A DNA stretch of 58,166 nucleotides, counting the filler, from Catajapyx aquilonaris (Eukaryota): the NCBI GenBank assembly GCA_000934665.2. It is 2 parts of 2 records of this genome, joined end to end, with 100 filler letters (N's around TTAATTAATTAA, not from the genome) between each part and the next. Parts side by side here need not be neighbours in the genome. Positions count along the whole stretch, not along the records: positions 1 to 29,165 come from JYFJ02004845.1; 1 more part is not named here. The stretch is one strand, 5' to 3'. Each line of letters starts with the position of its first letter. The stretch's first letter is position 1. This document shows, piece by piece, positions 1-10,589 of the stretch. The notes beneath the pieces were generated by a model. The model made no database searches, had not been told where the DNA came from, and worked only from the letters and a program-made list of their open reading frames with translations. A program made the translations under genes and the position numbers.

Positions 1-686
1 TGGCAACGACTAGGATTGGCACTGTTAGCAAAGGGTGAAATTGAAGTAGTTTACACAAAATGTTCCTCCATCTCCAACAGATTAATAGAAATGGTGTTGA
101 ATAAGAAACCAACCTTACGGCACGTTGCAGTTATGGCTTTCTTGCATATGACGGCAATTTACATGCAAAAAGGCCGCTCTGCAATGTAAGGGGCCGGGAT
201 TTGCGGCTCCCGTGGAGGTTTTCTTCTAAGTTTTGTTCCAAACTCATGAGTCATTACCATTTGTTGCTAATTGCTGCCCGACAACTAACCAAGTGTGGAC
301 ACTATCAGGTGTGAAATCCCGTTTTTGAAGTGCGGCAACCCTGGTGGGCGGCACGCTCCCAGGATCTGGAGCCAATGGGAGGCTGCGTGTGTATGTCCTG
401 GCACCGTGTGTAGGCAGGTGCTCGTCCGTTAATCGCCGTCTTGACGGTGTGCAAATAAGCAAGGGGGGGAGGGTGTCACCCTTCATCAGAGCAGCACGAC
501 CTTGGTACATCCCCCCGTACAAAAGGGGTGGAAGAGATGGTGTTGCCAGCTGGACCCATCCCAAGACTTCTTCCTTTTGACCGTGCTTCTCTGTCACTAT
601 ATCCCTTTTCAACAATGACAAAGAGGAGCAACCGCCACGTCTTACTAATGGCTCCTTCCTCATGTCGTCACCTCTCTTTACCGCAG

Positions 687-2397
687 GGCAAGGAATGGCC
701 CCGGACATGCCCATGGACGGCAGCGAATCCGGCATGATGGACGACAGGTCCCTTCCGGACATGGCGTGGAAGATGCCCACAAACAATGGCAGCACCACGA
801 CGCAACAATCGCAGGTAGGCACTCTCAACACTCTACAGGTTGATGAACTGTATTCGGGGCATTATATTAGTGGGCACTTACTCATCATGCAGCAACATGA
901 GATGAACAAGATGAAGACCCTAAAGCTGGTGATGAACCCGAGCGGGAAGGTGATCGACCTCCAGACCCTTCGCACCTCTGGACTCTACAACGAACACGGC
1001 TCACTCAGCCCGGACATCTGCTTCGATCTAGTCAAGGACCTCAACGCACCCACCGGAAAAGGTCAGTGTGCCTTTGACCTCTCCTGAGATGGATCTTAGC
1101 GCATCATGCTGAACTTGACTATTCTAGGCGCCCAGTTGTTCGCCAAGAGACGCAAGAAGTCCGAGAAATGGGTGGTGGACGAGAACAGCGTGAAGCAGTT
1201 CCAGTCGTCCGCTTCTGACATGGGTGACCAGATGACCCCTGCCAGCGTCGGAGGGGGGTCAACAGTCTCGTCCACGGGACAGGCGCTGCCCCCACCTTCA
1301 TTCATCGACAGGGGAAGGGTCGAGCACGTGCACAAGATGAACCAAATACAGGTACACCCTATACACGCGCATGAACTGTTATATAATTATTACGAGCGCA
1401 ACCGAGTGCGCACCCACATTCGCGCAGCCTCTAAGGTTCGTGCCTTGGCAACGTCGCAAAAGTCGACCATCCCTCTCAAGCGTAGTGTTGGAACTACTTG
1501 TTGCGCTGATATAAAAATTCATCTATAATATGAATGACCTTTTTTAAATGTCCAGGAGCAATTCACGAAGCCCCGACTGAGGATGATAAAGTCCCCATGG
1601 GAAGCAGCCTTAGAGACAGGCTCCGTGGAGACGGCCTTCGAGGAGCTGAGGACCAATAGGAAGCAGCAGTCTCCTGGTCAGTTCTCGCTGCTGGACACTT
1701 CCTCCTATCAGCCACCACCGCTGGACACCAGTTTCCAGCAGGAACAACCCGCACTTCTCCAGTGCTGGGACTCATACGGTACGCCCTTCTCATAATATTA
1801 TAAGTGAGCCGAGTCCAGAACGGATCCGGTCATCAGCAGGGTGAACTATAACAATCCGCTTGTTTTGCTTCCATTGCTGCTTTTTTTTTTGGCTTCGAAC
1901 AATCTAAGGCGCCCCCCAAAAACCCCTCCAAGAGGAAGATGTCCCCCCTTTCCGGTCCCTTGTGGACCAGTTCGAGACCCGGACCAGACCGCACCCGCAA
2001 CAAACAGCAGCTTTCTTCACCTCCGGTTGTGGATCACCCACAGCCATGGCCACCATGCAGACTCAACTACCAATGTCACCAGCACCTCGCCAAGGCAAGA
2101 AGACACCCTCCCTCCCTCCCAACAACCCCCCAATTATTTTGCTATATATGCTTCTCGCTGCTGGACACTGCACTGTACATCTGGAAGAGAGTGACCAATA
2201 ATATTATTCCTTGTTGCGTGCACCTTGCAGATGTGCAGCTTCCTCCACTGAGCACGTGCAAGTCTGCCGGCCACATCCCTTCGTCGTACCTGGTCGGTCG
2301 GAACCACCAGCCGATCGGATTCGCCCAGAACTACAACACGGCTCCAAGAGGCTGGAGCCAGCAACTCAACTTCTACCGTCCCGTCACCTTCTCATGA
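687..2397 (+). CDS. Synaptopodin-2/myozenin(calsarcin)-like muscle Z-disc protein (Drosophila CG1674-like), 5'-incomplete, at least 6 exons
   Basis: Inferred exons 687-814, 893-1061, 1128-1351, 1556-1778, 1909-2094 and 2231-2397 (stop TGA), all with consistent phases. The spliced protein carries family motifs [21 protein letters not shown] (spanning the 1061/1128 junction), [14 protein letters not shown] and C-terminal NYNTAPRGW. The first visible exon starts in phase 1, so upstream exon(s) were not identified. Confidence 0.8.
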
Positions 2398-2610
2398 AGA
2401 TGCTCCTGTCGCCGTTTCGAACCCCACCCCACCAACGCCTATATACATACTGTATGGAGTTGCAAGTCCCTCCCTCTGATCACACGACGAAAAGGAGAGA
2501 GAGAGAAAAGAGAGAGCGCTTTGTATTGCATGGAACCAAGACTTATGTGAATAATAATAAATAAAGAAAATAATGGCGTTTCATGCTCGATTCCGTGATG
2601 GCTGTACACA

Positions 2611-4503
2611 CTACAACTCGTAGTCGTCTCCGATCTTCGGGATGCCCGGTGCGTATATCCCGACCACGGCCGAGTGGTAGTTGGTCGCGTTCACTCGTCT
2701 GGTCACGTTCTTGGCGATCAGGGAGCGGGTCCTGGTGGTCTTGGTCCACGGCTGCGGGTAGAAGGGCTTCACCTCTTCGCCCTTCCTGCGCCTCTTGCTC
2801 ACCACCGGCACTCCTGTCCGGTCCAGGATCAGGTACGGGTCGTCCTTCCACACAGGGAACTTGCTCAGGCACCCGTCCTTGCAGTTGCCCGGCTGGAAAC
2901 AAAAGAGCACACGCATTTTCACCTAGCTTCTCCGGCAGCACAATAAGAGCGCGATTCGAGTACACTTTTTCTCATCGCCAAAGAAATTGGACAACAACGA
3001 AATGTTAATTTCTCGCTGCCGGACAGAGCCGTTCTACAGCGTAAAATATTTTCTTTTCGATGAGAAAAAGTCTAAAACCACAGTCAGCATGGCCACAAGG
3101 TCAGTTGCGCCTGACCTTTTTGCCCGGATTGGACGGGACCCAGGGCTTGAAGTCTTTGGTCGGGAGCTTGGTATGCCTGTAGGTGGCCATACCCTCGTAC
3201 TTGTCCGGCAGGTACGGGTTGGGTCCGAAGTTGTCCCTCATCGAGCTTGCAACCAGGAAGGCATTCTGGGACACCATGGCCTGCTTCCTCTTTGCTCTCT
3301 CGGCCTGGCGGAGCCTCTTCTCGTGATCGGCTGGCTCCTCACTGATTCACACCAACAAAAAACACATCGTTAATGGAGGAGGGGTCCTACCCTCGTCCTT
3401 ATCTGTAAATGAATTTTGGTGTTTCTTTCTCGTTTGAAGAATTGCCTACTGACGTCACTGAGGCTAAACAGATCGGTGCAGAGGCAGGAACGCACCTGGG
3501 CTGCTTTCCCCCCCTTGTTTGCTTTGTTGGCTACCCAGCTACTAACGAACCACCGCCAAGCAGGTGCACCGGTCTGCTGACGTCAGTGTGGTCAGGCAGG
3601 AGTAGGAATGAGCCCTTTAGGCCACGCCCTCTTTTTCCCGCCAATTTATTGAGGGTGACTTTTAAACCCGCGTTGAAAAGTAGGTGTTGAAAAGTGGTTG
3701 AGGTATATTAGTGTACAAAATGTCCCAAATCCCTGACCAAGGCTATAGGACCCCATCGCAGTGTTGATGAGTGACTGACCTGTGCGTCGGGTATTTGTCG
3801 ATGCCGACGTCGGGGTATCCGTACCCGGTGCCCTTCTTGGGAGGGTTGGTGAATATGCCCCGCCTCTCAACCTCGCGGCGACCCTTCGGTTGGGGCCTCG
3901 GGTCGAAAGCTGAACGAATGAAAGAGACACGCGTGTCATTTTTAAATCTGGTATGGGCAATACCACGCAACTCTTCCAGAGTACCTTTGTAGTCCTTGGG
4001 CGCGATGAAGGTGCCGAAGAGGGTGCCGTATCCTCCCATCTTCTTAATGGATTGCATGCCATAGAAGGGACCTCCCAAGTTCCTCTGCTTCTCTCCGATC
4101 CTATACAGATCATCCACAGGCATCGGTCAGTCATCGGATACTCTCGGAGTCAACAATGAGAGGTCCTTACCTGAACCTGCGTTTGACTGCCAAGGGGTCC
4201 ACATACTTGTCCGCATCCAGGATGCGGACGAACTTTCCGAAGTATCCATCCGACGTGCCGCACTTGGTCTTGGGTATGGACCCTAGGAACTGCGCCTTCT
4301 TGTACGCGCTCTCCCTCAGGATTGCTGCCAGTCGCAGCAGGTCAGAGGTCAATCACACTGTGCAAAGGTGTGTGTAAAATACCGGACATACCTTGGTTTC
4401 CTGGGAGGAGCTTTCCGACCGGCAGGTAACCGAGGTCGCTGAACAGTCCGAGCCTATCGAAGGCCGGAGTGTCCGCCTTTCCGGGCAGCAGCTTAGAAGG
4501 CAT
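2611..4503 (-). CDS. CFAP96: Cilia- and flagella-associated protein 96 (UPF0602/C4orf47 homolog), about 339 aa, 6 exons
   Basis: Exons 4503-4392, 4324-4171, 4100-3985, 3909-3780, 3341-3116 and 2892-2611. All introns are GT-AG with matching phases; total 1020 nt. Motifs DRLGLFSDLGY, GYFGKFVRIL, FTNPPKKGTGYGYP, RDNFGPNPY, PSNPGKKPGNCKDG and NVTRRVNATNY are colinear with C4orf47 as I recall it. Confidence 0.9.
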
Positions 4504-4693
4504 CCCGACTCGCAATAGTTAGAGGCAGAACAAAATCACGTCTCAAATTTGACACCGTTATACTTTATCTAAATCGCGGTACACCAAATCCGACAGCTAG
4601 CACATCTCCTAATTTTACTTGCAATGAAAAGAACGCTTCCGGAAGTGCGTCGAGGGCGCGTCGTCGTTCCCATTCGAAGCTTGTTGCCGCCTC

Positions 4694-4707
4694 GTTTCCA
4701 TGGTATA
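4694..4707. promoter_or_regulatory. Candidate RFX X-box upstream of CFAP96
   Basis: GTTTCCATGGTATA, about 190 bp upstream of the ATG of a ciliary gene. One strong half-site against consensus GTNNCCATGGNAAC, the other degenerate. A palindromic ETS-like CTTCCGGAAG lies at about 4636-4645. Confidence 0.35.
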
Positions 4708-5365
4708 TATAGTCTCAACAAAGCTCAACAACAAATGGTCGCTTGTAGGCCATTCACACAACCGCAATCTTTTCCTCCCAAATGCGCTTTAAATAATTCA
4801 ACGCGTTATAATAAGAATAAAAAAGTTATCTCCTCTGGTACGGGATACCTCACACGACATAGCTTTTAAAAATCTCTCTTTGCATGGCGGTGGCTTGTGG
4901 CTTCTGGTTTATTTTTCAGAATATGACCAGGCGGGCAATCCTAGTTCAAGTGATAGAAAATATATTTGCATTATTCGTTGTTATTAAATTTCCACTTTAC
5001 TGCATAGACCGACCACAAATTGAGCGCAGTTGTTGTTTGCTATAAAATATTCATTGCGGTCGGAGTTACAGAAAATTATTGATTGCTTGAATAAGCGGAG
5101 TTCACTTCCGTGATGGTTAATGAGATATCAGGATTTAAATTGCAGTGTCATAAATGATTTAAAACTGGTGCTCGTGGCTCATCGATCAGCTTGAGGCAGC
5201 CCATTATCGGATTGAGAGTGCCAGAAGCGGGGGTGATGTGTATGGAAATGTGAGGCATATTGCGCAGAACTACTGTAAGTGGGTCTAATAACTGTGGATA
5301 ACAAGAACATTAGCTATTAATTGCATGGGCGGAAGTGAGGCCTCTGTTCAGTTTAGGTTGCCAAC

Positions 5366-7501
5366 ATGTGCAGGTTACAAGTGCTGGCCTTGTGCTCCAT
5401 CGCCTTGTTTGGTGACTGTCTCTTCGTCGAAGGAAATGTGTCCGTCATCCATCAGAAGGCAAAAGGAGATCAGGAAAGCATGATGGTGTCCAGACTGGTC
5501 ATGGACACTCTGGACAGGGAGGACCTGAGGGAATGCGGTCTGGTCCTGTCCACTGACTCATCCCAACTGGTGGGGACAGAGGTGTGGGGTCTGTTGAAGA
5601 GGCAGTCGGACAAGTACCTCCCGTCCTTCTCCCTCCGGACGACCTCCTTCCCACACTCCTTCACAGACTACCCCTGGCTCAAGGGTCAAGCTGACCTCCT
5701 GGACTTCACCACCGTCCCTCCTGACCTCCTCGTCACCTCCGCCTGGTCAGCCTCTGGCTGCACCCTCCACCTCCTCCTCCCCTCCTCCCCGGCCTCCCTC
5801 CCACAACTGGTCATGTCCACCGCCTTCAAGGTCAAGGTCAGTCCACTCGACGACCGCTTCATCGTCCACTTCCTCTCAGACCATCCCGAGGAGAGAGAGG
5901 TCCATCGGGTGCTGACCTCGCCCCCTGCCAGTGCCCTCAGGCTGAAGGTGTCCACCAGGATGGAAGGAAGTGCCATGAGGGTGGAGACTGCCTGCTTCTT
6001 CTGCGGGGAAGGAGGTCAACAGGCGGTCATCAATCTCGGGCATTTTCGCCAAGAGAATTCAGAAGCACACAACTTCTTCAGGAACCAGGATAAGTACGGG
6101 ATGAACAAAAGAGAGGCGGTGTTTGGTATGTACATGTTTCCTGCTGATATGGCTTACATCCGAAAGAAAAGGGAGGAGGAAGGGGAGGTCTACCTCACTT
6201 ATTACGAGCGATTATATCTTATTGGTGAGAAGTCACTCAATTGCACATCCCACATACATGTGAGCGAGCCTAAAAATGGCGAGTTCGAACGTCTCCTGGA
6301 CAACGGGACGTGGCTGGGACTCACTGGGGATTTGATCTCGGGCAGAATAGATCGGGCGTCCTTCATGATAATTACAGAGGACACCTACAGGCATGTCCTC
6401 CATCCTCACCCACACGTGTATGGACACGGGACATTCATTACGAGGAAACCCAGGGGAGTGGTCAGTTGGAGAGTCATTCACAGGCCTTACGTCTTCACCT
6501 TCTGGGTGTCCATGGCAGCCACCCTTCTTCTTGTCCCATTCGCAATGAGCAGAATCGACAGATACCATCTCTCCGGAAGAGGGTCAGAGGTCGTCCCCCT
6601 CTCTCCTCTGGGATCCCTCCACGTCCTGGCCAGACACCTGATAGACCAGCCCGTTCCCTTCCCCACATCCCGCCGCTTTCTCTTCCTGGCCTCCTCTTTC
6701 CTCTTCTTCGCAATGGTTGTGGTCACTGGCTACAAGGCCAAGATGGTCTCCTTCCTCACCTTCCCTCCCAGAGAGTTTGTCCCTCGGGACTGCTTCGAAC
6801 TGGTGGATTCGGGCTGGGCCATCAAAGCAGACTTTCTCAACTTCCTCCTCCTGCAAAAGTACCTCTCCTTTGTCGACGATCCACTGAACACAGCTATAGT
6901 AGAGAAGATGACCATGGCCGATAGTGTCCAGAGTTGCCTGGAGAGGACCCAAGAAGAGCAGCTGGTCTGTGCTGGAGTCAACATCCTCATGAACCAGCAC
7001 ATGTACCTCTTCAGAGACATGTCTGGACAGCCAACCATCCTGTACTCGGAAGAGAAGAAGTACTCTAGTTACGGAGTGATAGGCATCCCTCGGGGGCAGA
7101 CCCTGCACTTTTACATGACAGCCAAGTACATTAGGATGACCAGCGAGAGTGATTTATTCTCCAAATTCCACGCAGACTACATGCACCTGATGTTCCTCCG
7201 CTCACTGAAGGAGATCAGAGCCAGGGAGAGGGACAGCCCCCCAAAGGCGGAGGAAGTGCTGACCAGGGCCAAGCTCTCGGCCATATTCTACATCTGGTTG
7301 ACGGGACTTGCCTTGTCATTCCTTCACTTCATTCCCGAAATGGTGTGGAAAGACTACTGTGGTCAGTGGAACTGTGCCGGGGATGTCGACAGCAATAGTG
7401 ATTTCATGAAAGCGTCGTGGATCCGGAGAGCTTTTGACCGCCTCATGACAGTAATCAAGGCCAAGCAAGGCGTGCTCGAGACAGGAAGAGAGATCAAGTA
7501 G
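5366..7501 (+). CDS. Divergent ionotropic receptor (variant iGluR chemoreceptor), intronless, 711 aa
   Basis: Single long ORF with a signal peptide, S1 lobe (NGTWLGLTGDLISGRID...FITRKP), TM1 after RPY, M3-like YKAKMVSFLTFP, S2 lobe and a C-terminal TM (AIFYIWLTGLALSFLHF). The canonical S1 ligand-binding Arg context (ITxER) is not conserved, as is typical of divergent IRs. Confidence 0.9.
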   Translation: MCRLQVLALCSIALFGDCLFVEGNVSVIHQKAKGDQESMMVSRLVMDTLDREDLRECGLVLSTDSSQLVGTEVWGLLKRQSDKYLPSFSLRTTSFPHSFTDYPWLKGQADLLDFTTVPPDLLVTSAWSASGCTLHLLLPSSPASLPQLVMSTAFKVKVSPLDDRFIVHFLSDHPEEREVHRVLTSPPASALRLKVSTRMEGSAMRVETACFFCGEGGQQAVINLGHFRQENSEAHNFFRNQDKYGMNKREAVFGMYMFPADMAYIRKKREEEGEVYLTYYERLYLIGEKSLNCTSHIHVSEPKNGEFERLLDNGTWLGLTGDLISGRIDRASFMIITEDTYRHVLHPHPHVYGHGTFITRKPRGVVSWRVIHRPYVFTFWVSMAATLLLVPFAMSRIDRYHLSGRGSEVVPLSPLGSLHVLARHLIDQPVPFPTSRRFLFLASSFLFFAMVVVTGYKAKMVSFLTFPPREFVPRDCFELVDSGWAIKADFLNFLLLQKYLSFVDDPLNTAIVEKMTMADSVQSCLERTQEEQLVCAGVNILMNQHMYLFRDMSGQPTILYSEEKKYSSYGVIGIPRGQTLHFYMTAKYIRMTSESDLFSKFHADYMHLMFLRSLKEIRARERDSPPKAEEVLTRAKLSAIFYIWLTGLALSFLHFIPEMVWKDYCGQWNCAGDVDSNSDFMKASWIRRAFDRLMTVIKAKQGVLETGREIK

Positions 7502-7993
7502 GAAACAGAACTCACATAAGTAAGGGGATAAAAGTTGATGGGTTTGGACAATGGAAGGAAACGAGAGAATCAGGCCAAAGACAATGTTGAGAAAATTAAT
7601 CGACATTATTTGTCAATACTGTTATCCACCTTCCCAGTTCGTCTGACTATATCCTTTGTGGCTTTCCCACCTCTGCTTTTCTCGCCCCCTTGAGTTTAGC
7701 ATCGAGAGGAATGTAAACAGTCCCAGGTCACCAGTGACAAGCTGGGCGTGAAGCGTGTAATTTCCAGAACATATTATTGTCAGGTTAAAAACACAAAATA
7801 TTAATATAATGACCCACAAAATAAATTGACAATATAAAGTGTACCAATATTGACTTTTACTTATCCTGGGGAGAATCCCCTCCTGACTGTCTATAGTGTA
7901 GCCTAGCTCTAAAGAAACAGCGAACCCCATTGGAAGGCACTTAACCCTCAACTATACTCAGGTGGCGCCTGAGAGGCCCCAACCACTATTTAA

Positions 7994-9143
7994 GGTGGAA
8001 ATGAAGCGACTTGCTAATCAAATGAGAGTCTAGAATTTGAATGTTAATAAGAAGGGCTAAAATCAGGGAAACATACGCAACCGATGCAGCAGGAAATGCT
8101 GTTCAATCCTATGCATTCCATTCGAATCTGCGTTTTAAACTCGATTTAATATGGGCCCATTACCGGCTGCAAGTTTTTGTGCGCAGGCGCAATTGTCACG
8201 GCTGCCAACTTAAACATGGTATTTGGAGGTGTGCTTAATATTTTTTTATTTTTGATGGAAATCAATTTTATTCGGTCGTAATTACCAGGTCCCAATTTGT
8301 CGAGGAATTTTTAAATATTTAGTTCCGAAAGGGGAGCCTGTAGCTCTTCATTTGTGTCGGATTTGGAACACGTTCAGTTGGTATGCGTGTGACAGATAGA
8401 AGTGGCAACGCAGCAAATTTCCACTAATAATTCGATTCGCAAAACCTGCTTATAAATAGGATTTACTTTAACGCTGCGTGTAATTAAAGTGATAATAAAG
8501 TCTAATTGCACGTGTAATTTTGTAAAGTATTACTAATTAAATGGACATTACGTCCGTGATTGCGTCACGTGACATGGCGCGCTGCATTTGTCACGCAATT
8601 TTTGTTCCAAACCCCGGGGTCATCGACCTTTGCCCATTGCGTATTGAAGATTCGAACGAAGACGGGGGTTTTCTTCCAGCACACTGACAGAGTGCTGCAA
8701 TAATATTATCATGGCACACCATCTCACTTGCACTCACATTATTTCGCGGTCGTATGCAACCGTATCTCGCTACCGTAAACAACGCTGTGTTGCCACTTCC
8801 TCACTCGCATGAGGCAATGTGACGTCACTGGATCATTTTCGGATCGTTTTTCAGCAATACAAATTGAAAGATCACGGTGAGGTAGGTTTCTCTTTTTGCG
8901 GTTACGATCAGTATGTAATTCCCGACATGTTCCACATTTAATTTTAAAATTCTCATTTACTTATGATTTTTTTGTGGACTATTGAAAATTCTGCCATAAG
9001 GGCCCATGTTCAATCGCGAACTTCTGAGCCCTCCAGTTCGCTAATTTGCACGGTGACGTGTATTTTTCTTTGCACCATTGATATGAGGACACGAAAAATA
9101 TGTTTTTTTTTCATAAAACTCTCATTAAGTGACTCTAGCTTCA
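7994..9143 (+). mobile_element. Non-autonomous TTAA-targeting DNA transposon (Kolobok-like), right terminus clipped
   Basis: Starts TTAA|GGTGGAAATGAAGC. It is a near-identical inverted copy of 21525-22679 but lacks the last ~8 bp of the other TIR. Confidence 0.8.
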
Positions 9144-10589
9144 CGTGATGTAACTACTATGTAAATCTCCACACACACAAAAATTTGTAATCGGCTGAAG
9201 GTAGAGAGGGTAGAGAATCTGGTGGCAATAAAGAGCACCTTCAGCACTGCAAGAGCACAGCTCCCCATTCTTCAGCCCAAGCTGACTCAAGTGGTGACGA
9301 GGAGGACTCTAGTTGTGACAGTGACACCCAGGAGTGAGAGAGTGACTTTTGTAATGTGGCAGGCTGGCAGTAACAGTGGCATTATTTTGATGTTAAAAAG
9401 CACATTAATATGAGCATAACTGGATAAGAATATATATGTGTCAAGCTGTCAGCGTATCGCTAATAAAAATATGTAGATTGAAATTGCGCCTAAGGATTTA
9501 TATGTGTCGGCGTATCGCCCTGGTATCGCTAATAGAAATATGCAGATTTAAAGTATGCATAAGGTTTTTTTTAAAAAAATGTGCGTAGCAACTGACCCGC
9601 TAAAAATGCAAGATAAAAAACAAAGCCAAATTCCCAATTGTTCCGAGACCTCGAGAAGAAACCGAGAAAAACGCGTCCCCCCCCCCCCCCCCCCCNNNNN
9701 NGGTTTTCCCCCACGGCCCCACCTTCCCATCTCTATAGACAAGCCCGACAAGGCCCACCTAGATTATTTTATTATTGTCGTCTGGGAGTTGAACAAGCAC
9801 ATTATTTCTTTTACCTGACCTCTGCGCCGGAAGCTCGTACTTGTTCCAAAATATAGTAAATAGGTCTATGGGCTTAGACTCGACACAATAGTCACCTTGT
9901 TCGTAACGTAACCCTAACGGACTGATAATTTTGCTTTTATTATTTAACCCTAAGACCAGGCGTAAACGGGGGGAATAATAATTAGGGAGTCACTTGTTGA
10001 CCGCAGGTCAACCTGGGGCCATGCCTGAAACGCATACAGCGCGCGGGCTTGAGTCACAGCCAGGCAGGTCAATTATACAAGTAGCCTACATGTATGCATG
10101 CAGAATATTTGGCGGGTTCCAAGCTACCATACTGCAAAGGTCAACCGTTTGCGCATGTCGGGGGGTATAGCCATGTAGACTCATTGGCAGCAGAAGGATT
10201 ACTTCCTCCTGGTCAGGGGGGCACAAAAGTGAAAGTTCCTTCCCCCTCCTTGCCAGAGGGGGGGTCCGGGGGATAGTCTTTCTTGCCCACGCTGCGTTGT
10301 AGGGGGGCAGAAACCAGCTCTCTTGGTTGGACCCGCGTCGCCTGCCTCATTCCGGCATACAGCTCACCACCTATATAGTGCACGTGTGGACTAGGGTCAG
10401 ACCACAACAACATTGGAAGGTGAGCACATTACTCTGTGGGGCTTGGTCTGCTGGTTGGGTCGGGTGGGGAATGAAGAGAGAATAAGGGAATCAGACTGGA
10501 GACTGTGGCCTCATGCACTCTTCTTATTCCAGACAAAGGGGTGCAGAGTTGAGAGGAGAGAGAGAGACCCATCCCCCTTATCCGCAGCC

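Noticed and set aside
244..831. 195-aa minus-strand ORF and other overlapping ORFs in 1-7.5 kb
   Set aside because: Antisense or alternative frames of GC-rich exons with no recognisable motifs.
9990..10150. Cluster of AGGTCA nuclear-receptor half-sites upstream of the ZnF gene
   Set aside because: No canonical IR1 ecdysone element, and short motifs are expected by chance.
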